Positions 25,890 through 38,650 of a stretch of DNA of 64,000 bases are shown piece by piece. The stretch is taken from positions 11,408,001 to 11,472,000 of the forward strand of contig JAGIQG010000016.1 of assembly GCA_024679065.1 (NCBI GenBank), written 5' to 3'. The stretch's first letter is position 1, and the number at the start of each line of letters is the position of its first letter. The translations under genes and the position numbers were made by a program. The notes below the pieces were generated by a model that worked only from the letters and a program-made list of their open reading frames with translations, had not been told where the DNA came from and ran no database searches. The stretch is from Sphyrna mokarran (lineage: Eukaryota).

Positions 25890-27145
25890 AAAGAACACAG
25901 AGCAAAGAACAAAGAACAACACAGCGCAGGAAACAGGCCCTTCGGCCCATTGAGCCCGCGCCGCCATTTTAGCAATGCGATTCCCCTCTTCCACCGATGA
26001 CCCTTGTCTATGCTTATGGAAATCCACATTGGAAACTTGATTCAGGGGATACAATTTTGCGACAATTTGTTACACCAATCAGCCTAAGAGCACATCTTTG
26101 GGATGTGGGAGTAAACCGGAGCACCCAGAGAAAACCCACACAAGCACAGGGGGAATGTGCATACTCCCACAGACACTGACCCAAATCCATGTATCAGCAC
26201 AACAAACACTGATAGTCATTGAGCTGTGGTGTTGCCCATCAGCTGGTGCAGTTAAAGCATATACTTGCGACGTGAAGAACTAGGCTACTCCCGAAACATC
26301 CAAGAGCAGCCCTCGCACGACCCACCGCGTGTATTCCCCTTGTTTGACAAAAAGACGGACCGAGGCGCTTGTGGATTAAAAGAGAAAAAAAAATCAATAA
26401 CATACACATCTTATGCAAACGTTCAAGGGAATCGCCAGAAGCTCAAACAAATGAGCCAGAAAATATGTTGGAAGATCCATAGGAATAAATTGATTACCAG
26501 AAACTTCCGAAGGCTCTTGATCTCTAGTTAAAATATTCCCCTAGATCCTTCCATCTCCATTCCGCTCATCTGCCTAAGTATCCCTTAAACAACTCCAGCG
26601 TGCCTGCTTCCACCACCTTGTTTGACAGTGCATTCCATATTCCTACAAACATCTGTATGAAAACCTCCCTCTAATATCCGAATTATATCTCGCCGGCCTC
26701 ACCCTAAGCCCGTGGCCCCTCGTAAAATTTGTCTCCAAACTAGGAAAAAAAAGCTTACTACTGTTTACACTAACTATATCCTTCATAATCTTACACAACT
26801 CCATTATTTCTCCCCTCATTTTCCGTCTTTCTAAGGAAAGCAGCCCCAATGTGCCCAATCTTTCCTCGTAACGCAGTACTTCCATACCAAGAGTATCCTG
26901 ATAAACAACCTCTGCACTATCTCCAGGGTCTTGACGTCCTTCCGGTAGTAAGGCGACCAGAACTGAACACAATCCTCCAAATGTGATCTAACCAACGTTC
27001 TATACAACTGCAACATTAAACGCCAGCTCTTTTACTCTATATCTCTTCCTACAAAGGCGAGCATACCATAACTGTTTTTTTGCAACCTTCTCCACCTGTA
27101 CTTCCACTTTCAAAGACTTGTGCACTTGTACCACAAGGTATTTGG
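25890..27145 (-). mobile_element. CR1 LINE 3' end with extended 3'UTR containing a V-SINE core
   Basis: ORFs 26831-27016(-) LYRTLVRSHLEDCVQFWSP and 26643-26972(-) TRGHGLRV; 25890-26545 is homologous to 35420-35970. Confidence 0.85.
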
Positions 27146-28468
27146 CTTTAAGAGATTAGGTTATTGTTGAGGTCACTATTGGTGCAGGCATAAAAGAATA
27201 ACTTCCTGCGATTTGTATTCGAGTGTTGGAAAATAATGTGAATTAATTCGGGCAGGGGTGGAGGGTTCTCATACAGAAAATGCATTAGTGTACAAGAAAG
27301 TAGGAAGCGTTGCTTTCTGATGATACCGAGGCAATTGTGATCATGATTCAGTCTCATAAACGTTGTTGTTATAGCAAGTGAGAAGGAAAATACCATGGCC
27401 GACTTCATTTCAGCTGAAATTCATCCTAAATTAAGGACGTTCAACAACTGTGCAGAGACTCGGGGACATAGCAGATTCGACCAAATCGGTAAATTTTCCA
27501 TTATACCCTCAGTTGGAAAATGTTTTGCAGAAATGAAAGGGCAGTAAGTTCTGACTTAATATGCCACGCATGCTATCTTCGGTACAGAATTCAGGGGCAG
27601 GTCATTTATTCTGGCAAATTTGATAAATGAGGGAACATAATTTAGTGTCAAACCACATTATCACTTGGCTCTGGTGCTGAGTCTGTCGAATAAATCGAAC
27701 CCTGTTTGTGAACGTTAGAGAGACGAAACCTCACTATCAGATAGAGTGATGCCATTTTTTTCAATGAGAAGCAGTTTGGATTTTTTTTTCTTTCGGTTGG
27801 CGACTGTGGTGGGGGGAGGGGGGTGGTGCTCGAGGTGTTCAACCCTGGAAGGATACAAACGAGAGTTGTGACTTCAGGTTTAAAAAAAACCGTATCATGA
27901 GTTATATGAGCAGCAATAAAAATGGTTTTGATGCAGATCAGCCAAACCTTGATGAATGGTGGAACAAGTCATTACACAGAATGACCGACAACTGCTCTTT
28001 TTAAATGTATTTTTACAGAAAAGTCGCCTTTCAACAACGACAACTGAATATATTTGCATGCATAAAATATTATTACACTCTGTAAAATACGTGTTATATG
28101 AAAGCAGAAATGGTATAGATAACAATAATTATTACTATTATCCTTATCATTAGTATCAATTAATAATTATTTACTGTATTGAACTCTTTCCACGAAATTG
28201 TTTGTAATGATTAATGGTTTTGGGGTGAAGACTTGATGGTGAGCGCATTATAGATTTTTGATTGATTTAACAATAAATGAGTTTAGCATTCCTGTTTTCT
28301 GCAGACACACAATACACCACGTAGTTTGAATCAGTTCTTTATTCATTTTAGTGAATAACATATGAATAATTCAGTAAGCCTTTAAATTTCCTTAGTTCAT
28401 AGGTCAGATAGACTTGATCCTAATACATTATCAAATAGTAATTTTATTCTGAAACTGACCAACAGTAA

Positions 28469-28469
<1 letters not shown>

Positions 28470-28499
<30 letters not shown>

Positions 28500-28532
28500 C
28501 TTCTTCTTCTTCTTCTTCTTCTTCTTTTCTTC
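28470..28532. repeat. (CTT)n microsatellite immediately upstream of a splice acceptor
   Basis: About 19 perfect CTT units visible. Confidence 0.95.
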
Positions 28533-28543
28533 ATTTTTCGAAG

Positions 28544-28635
28544 AAGAATATTCCAATTTTGATGATAATTATGCTGATCATCGCTTTGTTTGTGGCATCT
28601 CTTTTAAGCTTCATCATTACTGCCAAAAGAGAAAG
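28544..28635 (+). CDS. candidate transmembrane/signal-anchor exon KNIPILMIIMLIIALFVASLLSFIITAKRE
   Basis: tttttcgaag|AAG...GAAAG|gtaact; 25 uncharged, mostly hydrophobic codons flanked by basic residues; phase 0 to 2, or a first coding exon with ATG at 28562/28571. Confidence 0.55.
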
Positions 28636-29535
28636 GTAACTTGAATGTCATAATACATCCAACTCCATGCTCCAGTTCTAAAATTACTGTAATATCATGT
28701 TGTGTTCGTAAATGGTGGTTACTAATGCTGCTTAATATTAATAAGGCAGCTTATTAACTGCTTAATAAGGCAGTGTAAGGTATTTTGAAAGTCAAACAAA
28801 TGCATCAGCAAGTAGAATTTCAATGGAAGTACACGGCGAAAACATTATCAATCTGTGCCCACTGAAGACTGAAGAAAGTTATATGCATTTGCTGAAAAAC
28901 TGGACGATAATAATTTTGCCAAATTACTCACAAGTTAATGAGCTTAAAGTGGGGATTTTACTATCTGTTGGCATAACCTGACAGAGAAGTACTGTTTCCG
29001 GTCGAATCCAGATCAACAGCCGTTCATTTAGGGATGGTATAACTCATTTTCTTTGCTCATTGATGTTTGAATTGCTGCCTAAAGCACAACTACGAATTTT
29101 TGGATATTAAAAATAACAAAAGTGTGTATAAGTTGAAGGATGCTTATTTGATCAAAAGTGGAAAAATAATGATTTCAATACAAGTCAGAAGAATGGCTCT
29201 GTGTATCTTAGGCATCGATAATATAAAGTATTTGTTGTCTAAGATAATGCATGTCTGAACTTGCATTTACGTATAATGCTGTTTTGCTAGTCATTATCAC
29301 TCGCATTATTTGCCTTTATCTGTGAACTATTTACTAATATTGAGGTTCCAGTTGCATTAATGGCAAAATAATAATATTTTTAAAAAAACTTCTTTCCCAT
29401 CTCATTCATTTGCTAATTCTGAGAACTGGGGTTGGAATATACATGCGAAAGAATGTGTTTTTTTTTTTGGTTACGCTATCTTGTGTTTCTCATCTGGACT
29501 TGTGCTCGAAATTGAGGTGGTATTCTACACTTTAG

Positions 29536-29565
29536 CATGCAAGAGCACGATTTATGTTGGTAGAG
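29536..29565 (+). CDS. candidate 30-nt phase-1 micro-exon (x)CKSTIYVGR
   Basis: tattctacactttag|CATGCA...GTAGAG|gtaaaa. Confidence 0.3.
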
Positions 29566-29711
29566 GTAAAATGAGCTGACTACACAGGTGGATGAAAAGG
29601 GGATGTTGTCATTCTGATCCTGAAATCCGTTTCAAACTTTCGCTTCAGAATAGGTGAAATGGCATGGGATTTCAAATTTGAAGACTTATTTTCTTTCTTT
29701 TAATATTGCAG

Positions 29712-29747
29712 AAATCCGCAAATTAAAGAAAGCCTTGGAAGACAAAT
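29712..29747 (+). CDS. 36-nt phase-1 micro-exon EIRKLKKALEDK
   Basis: tctttaatattgcag|AAATCC...ACAAAT|gtaaga; near-identical peptide to 51812. Confidence 0.85.
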
Positions 29748-30277
29748 GTAAGAATAGTTCCCATTGGAGATTATTTTTTCATTGTAACTTTGTTTCATTT
29801 CATAGTGTCCCGTTGCAAGTTGTGAAGAGATTGCTTGCCCTGTATTCATGGCCCCGAGTCTTATGATTTGTTAAATAAAGCATGCCATAAACGAAAGGAA
29901 TGTGAAGCCTCTCACATTATTCTGGAAGTTATATTAGAAAATTAAATACCTAATTCCATCCGAAAAATATACACAAGTGGATATCAAATATATTTTACCA
30001 ACAGTTCTCGTTCAAATTCTGTCAAAGAATTTAATTCTATTATGCACATATTTGTACCGATTGTAGAATAATTTATTTTGCGTACAGAGTTAGATTCAAT
30101 ACAGAATACTTACATTAAACAAAATAAGTTGTGATCATAGAAATGTGCGTTTGTTGCATAAAACATTGCTGTCAATGAATATCAACATAATTATTTCTCG
30201 GATTAATCGTGCGTAATTCCAAATATATTGAACCGCAGCCTGCATTCACCACGTGGAGATTTTTATTCACCAATTAG

Positions 30278-30304
30278 GTCCTGGAAAATTCTTTGACAGT
30301 TATG
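30278..30304 (+). CDS. 27-nt phase-1 micro-exon CPGKFFDSY
   Basis: ttcaccaattag|GTCCTG...GTTATG|gtgagt. Confidence 0.75.
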
Positions 30305-30349
30305 GTGAGTAATGCATACATTCCGCGGGTACAAGATAGTAGATCTAGC

Positions 30350-30560
30350 CTAGAACATAGAGAACAGTTTTGCCTCAGAAAGCCAGGAACAGATTATATG
30401 CAATCTCTTGTGACAGTCTATACGGAGCCAGAACGTTCTCCCCGGCTGTGGGTAGATTTCCTCTGGCTTCTCTGATATCCTCCCGCAGTCCGGAATATCT
30501 GTTTGTGAGACGTACTTGATGAACTAATACTCCTACAGTATACACACGCATGCAGTGTGA
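30350..30560 (+). mobile_element. Degenerate V-SINE
   Basis: acgttctccccggctgtgggtagatttcctctgg...cctcccgcagtcc V-domain remnant. Confidence 0.5.
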
Positions 30561-31073
30561 TGACCAGAGGTTTTTTGCAGTAAATTTGTTGCAGTGTTGA
30601 TGTAAGCGTACACGTATAAATAAACTAAAGAAAAACAGAACTAAATCATGACAAAAGTGCATTGGACATCTGCAAATGGATCAACAGGTGGCCTGTGTTA
30701 TATATAAAAAATAGACATCTGGGATTTGCATACAAAACGTTATGAGTTTATGGACATTTTCTTACGCAGTATTTCCAGTTATCGAGGAAGACTGGTTTAC
30801 TGAAACTAACTCTACACAGGCTCTGATCTTTGTTCCAACAAATCTGCGATGATCAGAACTGAAATTTGCAGCTGACGGTCGAAGTGCAATGACACTGATG
30901 CATTGTTTCCCATAATGCGGCAAGCATTATTTTCAATATCAATTTAACCCGCATATTTCTAACTCTGGTAGGCAGCATTGCACTGAGTGTGGGCAGTGAG
31001 AGAAATTATTTGATCTAAATTTAATTGACATTTCACATTATCCTGCTTGGCTTCAACATGTCCCCCCTCACAG

Positions 31074-31100
31074 ATAAAGAGCTTAAGACACTTGAAAAAG
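31074..31100 (+). CDS. 27-nt phase-1 micro-exon DKELKTLEK
   Basis: tcccccctcacag|ATAAAG...AAAAAG|gtacaa; same ending and donor start as 42025. Confidence 0.75.
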
Positions 31101-31379
31101 GTACAATTTCTCCTTTGATTCCTGATAAGTGAGAGTGACGTTTTCATCTAAAAAATAATGCAAAAAATGCATTTTACTGAAGTTGAATTGACGAGGAATG
31201 AAACACTTCAGAATATAAAAATGTTGTTGATATGAAGCCTAAAGGAGACCAAAGATATGCGCTTGTAAAATGAATGAAGAGACTAGCTCAGGACAAGAAA
31301 AAAAAAGGATAGGCGCTTGAACAGTTTGGCTGAGGTATCACTCCGATACCATGTGCAAGTCAGAGATTGTCGGCCTATT

Positions 31380-32560
31380 TGCATAATTTATTTTTCTAAG
31401 TATCGTTGAAGTATTTATGTAACATATAAAGCATGGCAGGTTGAAGTCCAGCAGGAAAATATGTATTTGCCATTATGGAGACTTCTTAGCCTTTTGCTTT
31501 ATGCTTCAAGGGCATCATGCTGTTTCCTGTGAAAATGATGATGCAAAGAAAAGCGTTTAGTGAAACTAATATGTGGATAGCAATTCAGCCAGGTGCTTCT
31601 GGCATGTTCGCAAAACTGGGAGACTCACTGAAAAAAAAAACAACGAATACCCACTTCTGCAACAACTCATCTCAGTAACTAGTGGCACAGATTTTCTGTA
31701 AGTCCAGGTTCGACATTGCGATGCGCAGTCAGTGATGTGCAATATGTCTCTTGGAATATAGGGAACAAGGTAGCCAAATCGCAGATCTTGCAAACAGCAC
31801 GATGAGAGATAACAGATTTTATATACTTAGTGATGTTCATTGTATGAACAAAATATTTTATGCATCATGAGTAATCCATCTGCATCATTGAAACAGATTG
31901 ATTTCATACATGTTGAATGAATATAGTAGAGGGGGGTTTCATTGCCTCTTTTGCCATTTCATTAGCAGCATTAAGCTTCAAAATTATCATTCGTGCCACA
32001 CAATGTGATAGACCCTGTTTAGATTCTGGTTTTCTTCAACTCAATGTTTTACTTGCTCATCGGTCCTGCCTCTGTGCATTGTCCAGCCGATCCAATGTGA
32101 CTCCACAGTCAAAAATTCTGCTGTTCATCTGCACTTATCCTAGGAAGAAATCTTTTCATCTGCAACGTTGTGTAGCTTTCTTGGCTTTATTATGGTAAAT
32201 GTTTGGGGTTAAAGGGATAAGTCGGAAGACAGGGGCAATGCCCTTTCTACATGTTGATGCAGAGCGGGTGTGGTGGTGCATTGCCAATTGCCCAAATGCT
32301 CGCAACGTCGATGTATTGCTTCGCATTTCACAGAGGATTGAACATGTTATTTTCAAGCAATATGTTTCTACAGTGTTAAGATTTGCATATATCATTTTCC
32401 CGTTATGTCGGTCCCAATCTCTAATGATAATGCAAAAAAAAAGAATGACCCCTGTACAGAAACCAAACATGCCTTTGCGGTTTCTTCGAAGGATCCGATT
32501 TGGAATCAGGTGGTGTAGTCCAAAAGTTCTACCACATTCTGCGTTTGGAGCAAGGTTAAT
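31380..32560 (-). mobile_element. Old degenerate non-LTR retroelement fragment, family uncertain
   Basis: Recalled similarity to reverse-strand LINE endonuclease-region repeats; no intact ORF. Confidence 0.3.
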
Positions 32561-32703
32561 TTAAAGGGGCACAATGTAATACTAATTAGACGTGCAACTA
32601 GAGAAACAACATGTTAGTCCTTGCTTTGCTGATTTTTCAAGATATAATTTTCGTTTCTAACCTCCGCAAGTTCATGTTAGCCAACTTTTATTTCTGTATT
32701 CAG

Positions 32704-32739
32704 AGCTAAATGACACGAAGAATACTCTGAAGGAAACAG
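32704..32739 (+). CDS. 36-nt phase-1 micro-exon ELNDTKNTLKET
   Basis: tttctgtattcag|AGCTAA...AAACAG|gtgaac. Confidence 0.8.
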
Positions 32740-33192
32740 GTGAACAATATGGACATTCTATGCTGTGTATTTCGAAATGAGATCATAGTTTACATGATTC
32801 AGATTAAGTCGAATTACCAGAAATGTATATCGTTGGTCTACAGAGCGAATAACAGTGACCACTTGAACAAAATACGTGATTTTTTTTGGAAGTAAATATC
32901 AACAGAAATTACGTGGATAACACGGAGGAATGTATTACCTGACTCGGAATGAGGGAATGACGAAACATAAATTTCAGAAATAATTCAGGACTGTGCTTTC
33001 ACGCATAAGTTCCTTACTTAGTTTGATTGGAGATTTGGAGGCTTGGTCAACATTTCAGTTGCACAAGACGTGGTTCTTAGGTTAGACAAAATGGAAAAAA
33101 AAACAAAATAAAATATGTTTACTTCAGAGAATTATTTCAGTTGCGTACGCTTATGATGCAGAATCAAAAGCAGAAACAACAATAAAAATAAT

Positions 33193-33285
33193 TATATATA
33201 TATATATATATATATGTATGTACATATATTATATATGTACATACATACATATGTAGATATATATAAGATATATATATATATATAT
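33193..33285. repeat. (TA)n-rich microsatellite
   Basis: Directly visible. Confidence 0.95.
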
Positions 33286-33972
33286 CTTACTTGGAAACTT
33301 ATGCCATGGTGTTGATTATTCTGGAGGGCTGGAAACGATTCTGTCATTCGATTTTTTCTTCCCCAGATTTGATTATTAAATTGCCCGATTAGTGCTTTGA
33401 CAATTCTGTTGGTACTGCGTATCTATATAAATGCTTCCAATGTCAATTTTCTATAGGAAATTCAGATATGATGATAGCTTTAAGCATATTAATAAGATTG
33501 TGGAAGATCTTCACACCAAGTTCTGACTTATGTGTATATACTCCTGAAACTGATATCACACTTAAATTTTGTAAATTGCAAGTAATGCGCATTGCCTCTG
33601 CTGATTATTACAGCTTAAATATCGTTCATAAATGCTTATAAAATGCCAAAGGAAAGGAAACTAGTGGAACATTATTGAAATTTAGATTGGCAGAAAAGTT
33701 TAAACGGCTCATGGGTTGCTATTCATCGCTTTCTGCGAGTGAGGTGTCATGCTTTATACGGTGGTTTCAAATTAAAATCTCTGATAATTAATGCGCTAAT
33801 TAGAAAATGTTGTACGAATAACTGACAATGGAGGCGAAGTATTAACTGTGCAGTAGAAAATCTCTTCCGTTTCGCTGCTTACTTTTTTTGCAATTTGAAG
33901 ATTATCTGCTACCATATTCCGAAGATGCAACTGTTGACAAAGCTGTTAAATGTACATTAATTATATTTACAG

Positions 33973-33999
33973 ATGATAAGTTGAATCAGTGCTTGAAAG
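33973..33999 (+). CDS. 27-nt phase-1 micro-exon DDKLNQCLK
   Basis: ttatatttacag|ATGATA...TGAAAG|gtgatt. Confidence 0.8.
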
Positions 34000-34496
34000 G
34001 TGATTTGTTCCGAGTCATAAGTTCAGTTTTCTGTTCAGCAATTGTTCAGTTCTTTTGATCGAAGCCTCACCTTGACATATTAACATTGATAATCAAAATG
34101 TATTTACATAATTTAAGTGGAAAATTATACAATGCTGGATGTCATTGGCTGATTAGCCAAATTCGGCAAAGCTTTGAACATGAGACAAATCAGTCTGTTT
34201 TGACTGTAATTGATGATCAGAATAAATTGCATCATGTGATGAAAATATATATTTTTTTCCAACAGAATGCCTCTGACCAATAGTGTAAGGAGGCAAAATC
34301 AGACTCTACTCTTCCAAACGTGCCGCTGATAGAAAACTGCTGATGCTCAGGCTAATTGGTGCAGTGCCAATGTGATTTGGAACAGAAAGCAAATGATTTA
34401 AATACATCATAGTTTTAGGAAATGGAATGTGTGTCCACCAGTGTCAGTGAAGTCAGATCTAATTAAGCCTTCTGGAAAGTGCACTTGTTAATTGTA

Positions 34497-34523
34497 AGAA
34501 TATGAATAATGCAAGTTGCACAG
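34497..34523 (+). pseudogene. probable dead 27-nt exon ENMNNASCT (acceptor G lost)
   Basis: attgta-AGAAT versus attgtagAGAAT at 21443; strong donor CAG|gtaaga; the remaining AG gives 25 nt with TAA in phase 1. Confidence 0.45.
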
Positions 34524-34689
34524 GTAAGAAACGTGATGTGTGTCATTGCCTGCATTAGCATTGACATTGGAAAATCAAACAGTTCAAAAAATGGTCGACT
34601 TCGGTCTTTTTATAAACATGTCTATGATTTTACGTTGCCATTTCATTCTCATTCCAACTGTTAGATTTATGTATATCGCATATTTGCAG

Positions 34690-34716
34690 CACTGAACAGA
34701 CGATGCAAAACCAGTG
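34690..34716 (+). CDS. 27-nt phase-1 micro-exon ALNRRCKTS
   Basis: catatttgcag|CACTGA...CCAGTG|gtatgt. Confidence 0.75.
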
Positions 34717-34954
34717 GTATGTTGTTTTTTTTTCAATTTGACCAGTCTTGGTGCACTTTCCTACCAGGTTAAATTAAGCATCTGATGTTAGTGAATAAGT
34801 AATTAGATCAAAATGTTCAATCAAAAGAGCATTTACTCTTTCAACCACTAAGAGGCGCAAGAGGAAAAAGAGAAAATAGTGAATAATTAACTGATAACAA
34901 ATATAATATTCCAAATACTCCGTATGATAGAGTGAATGAAACTTCAACTGATGA

Positions 34955-35970
34955 TTAGTTAGACCTCATTTGGAATACTGCGTCCAGTTCTGATCGCCTT
35001 ACTACCAGAAGGACGTGGAGACTCTGGAGAGAGTGCAGAGGAGGTTTACCAGGATGGTTCCTGGTATGGAAGGTCTGAGTTACGAGGAGTGTTTAGGCAA
35101 ATTGGGACTGCTTTCCTTAGAAAGACGTAGACTTAGAGGAGATCTAATAGAGGTATACAAGATTATGAGGAGATAGAGTATAGATAGAGTAAACAGGGTT
35201 ATGTTTTTTCCAAGAAAGGACTCGAATAGCACGAGGGATCAAGGGCTTAGGGTGAGGGGGGGGTAAGGTATAATTTGGATGCTAGAGGGAGTTTTTTTTC
35301 ACACACAGGGTGGTGGGGGTATGGAATGCGCTGCCAAGTAAAGTGGTGGGGGCAGGCAGTCTGGAGTTATTTAATAAATAATTAAATGTGCACATGAACA
35401 GAATGGGAATGGAGGGGTATAGAAAACTGATTTAAGATAGTGATCATAAGCCTAAGGAGTCCCTGGGAAGTGTGTCAATAGATGATGATATTGATGTACT
35501 TGTTTTTACCCTACAGGTGCTTTGGTCTACTTTGTTGTCTAACGAGGGGCATACATGCGATGGGTCGTCATGGGCTGCTCTTGGATTTTCTTCGAGAGTA
35601 TCCTAGTGCTTCACCTGGTTAGTGTATGCTTGACCTGGACCACTTGATGGGCAACACGACAGCTCAGTGACTATCGCTGTGCTTTGCAGATACATGAATT
35701 TGGGCCTGTGTCTGTGGGGGTTTGCGCATTCTCCCCGTGCTTGCGTGGTTTTTTTCCGGTGCTCCGGTTTCCTCCCACATCCCAAAGATGTGCTCTTAGG
35801 CTAATTGGCAAAACAAATTCTCCCTAAATTGTCTCAAATTTGGTTTTTAATCCATAGATCTATAAAGAAGGACATGGATCAAGGGTAGAGGTGGGAACAT
35901 CGGGGTGGCGGCACGGGCTCGTTATGCAGAAGGACCTGTTTCCCCTGCTGTTTTGTTCTTTCTGTTTTGT
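34955..35970 (+). mobile_element. CR1 LINE 3' end with extended 3'UTR containing a V-SINE core and CR1-type tail
   Basis: agacctcatttggaatactgcgtccagttctg (RPHLEYCVQF); V-domain at 35705-35830; tail gaaggacctgtttcc...tgttctt. Confidence 0.85.
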
Positions 35971-36372
35971 AAAAATGCCATGACGTTGTTATGACACGAG
36001 AAACAAACTGCATTTTCAACAGTGCATTCATCTATCGAAATAAGAATGAGGAATTGCGGTATTTCATTTTCTCAATCGTAATTATGATGTGTATTTTCCA
36101 GTAGAATTTCAGTGATTTTTACTTAAACATAGCAGTCTCAAGCTTCTGGAGGGCGTTTTTTAAACATAAAAACAAGATTGATATAATGCTGAGGTTTGGA
36201 ACAATCACACAAATGCGATTTTCTTCCTGCATTGATGAGTAATTTTCAATCGGCGCTTGAACGATATTTTTTTTCGAAAATGCAAATATACACCAAGTAT
36301 TGAATGGTATTTATAGGAAAGCAATTCCACATTGAAAAGAAAACATAATATTTCATTACATCTTCATTCGAG

Positions 36373-36399
36373 ATGAAAGATTGCTTGATGCTCAAGATG
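36373..36399 (+). CDS. 27-nt phase-1 micro-exon DERLLDAQD
   Basis: catcttcattcgag|ATGAAA...AAGATG|gtaagg; the GAG acceptor is uncommon. Confidence 0.65.
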
Positions 36400-37525
36400 G
36401 TAAGGAATTTGTTTGAAACATATTTTAAAAAAAACCCCACAAATTTAGATCCTTGCCTTGCAAGATCACGACATTTTGTCACATATTGATTAGATGTAGT
36501 TTTTTTAATATGTTTTCAACGATACAGTCTGTTGATTCCAAATTCATACTTAAATATTACTAGAATTTGAACACTTATAACCTTCACTGAAGCTGTTCAA
36601 ACAACAGTGGAGAAATTTCGCATTGGACGTATATAAATCAAAGCGATTGAGATAACTCAGATTTCAGGAGAAATGAAAAAGGAAAGGGTGACTGCCTCAG
36701 ATGCATATCGCTAATCGATTAATTGAGGATTCTGAGTTACAAGACTGATTGTCCTCGGCTTGTAGAATGATATGCCCTAATGAGTTTTATAAATCCGATT
36801 AGTAACTCAAACGGTTTAATTTTTGAGTGACATTGGAAACAGCAGGGTTGGGGAAGGGGGTGGGAACAACAGTTGAAGTGCAAACGTGTCCTCCTAACTT
36901 CCTGCTTTCGACATATGGGTCACAAAAGCAAGCAGATTTGATTGCTAGCTTTTCTGGGGGGGTTGGGGGGGGGGGTGGTACATGATGAATGAATATTTAA
37001 TCATTGCGTTATACATGAATTATGTCTGTTTGGCCATGTGTTTCAGGGATAATTTCGACATAGTCAATTCAACTAAGTCTACAGTGCTGCATAAAACATT
37101 TACCTGCCTTCAAGATTTGGTGGTTTTGTGGAACATTTTAATCGGTAGCACGTGTAACCCTAACGTGGTGTATTATATTGTATTGCCGTTGTTGAATTCA
37201 CACAAAATGCCATTATCAAGATAGTATTTAAAAATCCACGTCACAATCCTCCTAGCCAAACCAGTTCTAATGAGAACTAAATTGTTCAAATTAGAACAAG
37301 TCTCTGGCTCGAGAAAATCCACAGCATAACATTTTTTCCTTTTTCTCCCATCGTCTTCAATGATCGTCACATGCATCATTGAAACAATTTCTACTTCACT
37401 GTCACTTCAGGTTCCTGCATGTTTTGAAGTTATACAGTTTACCTCAGTTCAAACATGGTTAAACATCATGTACAATTGAAGTTGATTATCAAAATAATAA
37501 CACAAACAATATATTTTCTGTACAG

Positions 37526-37561
37526 AAATTTCAAAGCTGAAAAGCAATTTGAAAGATAAAG
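37526..37561 (+). CDS. 36-nt phase-1 micro-exon EISKLKSNLKDK with GC donor
   Basis: ttttctgtacag|AAATTT...ATAAAG|gcaagg; paralog of 175, 29712 and 51812. Confidence 0.75.
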
Positions 37562-37854
37562 GCAAGGACAGCAATTATTAACAAGAATAATAATTGTTTT
37601 AAAGAATATGCCTTTTTTTACGTCATCAACAACCTTCTAGTTTAAACTTAGATTTCCAGTGGAATGCTAAAATCAGCAATGCCTTCAGCATGAGACAGAG
37701 AAAAAAAAACAGGTTATTGCATTTTCTTTAGACTGTTTCCACCGCCCATTCAGCAGATTCAGAAAGCTCAGATCCAGCAAATCAAATAAAACCAAGCTAA
37801 TTGTTGGAGAACTGCATTCACGGATAATTTCGATGAGAAATTCGTTACATGTAG

Positions 37855-38190
37855 AATTCTAAAACCCTACAGTGCAGAAGGTGGCCCTTCGAGTCTGCAA
37901 AAAGCACAATCCCACCCAGGCCCTACTCCAATATCCCAACATATTATACCCACTAATCCTTCTAACCTACACTTCCCTGGACACTGAAGGGCAATTTCTT
38001 TGCATGGCCAATCAACCTAACCCGCGCAACTTTGGACCGCGGGAGGAAAATGGAGTATCTGAAGGAAACCTACGCAGTTACAAGGAGAATGTACAAACCC
38101 TACACAGACAGTGATCCGAGGCGGGAATCAAATCCAGGACCCTGGAGCTGTGAAGCAACAGTGCAAACCACTGTGCTGTCGTGCCGTCCA
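37855..38190 (-). mobile_element. HE1-like V-SINE
   Basis: gggcaattt...ggccaatcaacctaacc...ccctggagctgtgaagcaacagtgcaaaccactgtgc. Confidence 0.85.
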
Positions 38191-38650
38191 TTGTGTTGGA
38201 TGTCTACTCCAAGAATCTCTGTTGTTAAGAGTCATTGAAGCTTGCACATCTCAATATTAATATTTTCCGAGACTATTTTTTTCTCTCTGCAAGCGACTTT
38301 TTTTGGGAGTGGGGGTTTAGAATATGTTTTTGTAGTGATGAGACCTGATGAGGTTGAAAGGGTTATCCCCAATGTCTTATCGAACTTCGGCAGTTCAAAC
38401 GTTCGTGGAAATGGTTGCTGGAGTGCATTACCATCGTTCTAGAATGGACGTTTTTTTTTCCCCCTTTTTATAACCAGAATTTTCGTTTTATTTATATATG
38501 CCACGTCATTCAGTAAGATTAAGTGAAAATTAAAAAAAAAACAAATTATTTGAGTTGTCTTAGTAGTTAAAATTGGGAAACAAATTCTAACTATAAAACA
38601 AAGAAGTTTGTTAATCAGATTTATTTTAATTGACGGAATTGTATTCTCAG

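Noticed and set aside
34266-34284. 19-nt segment with strong splice sites
   Set aside because: Stop in phase 1 and no compatible neighbour; at most a poison exon
35515-35700. HDV-like ribozyme, 5S or 7SL origin of the shared segment (gggcaaca, cctggttagt motifs)
   Set aside because: I could not build the HDV P3/L3 pairing, and the 5S-like words are not conserved in the other two copies
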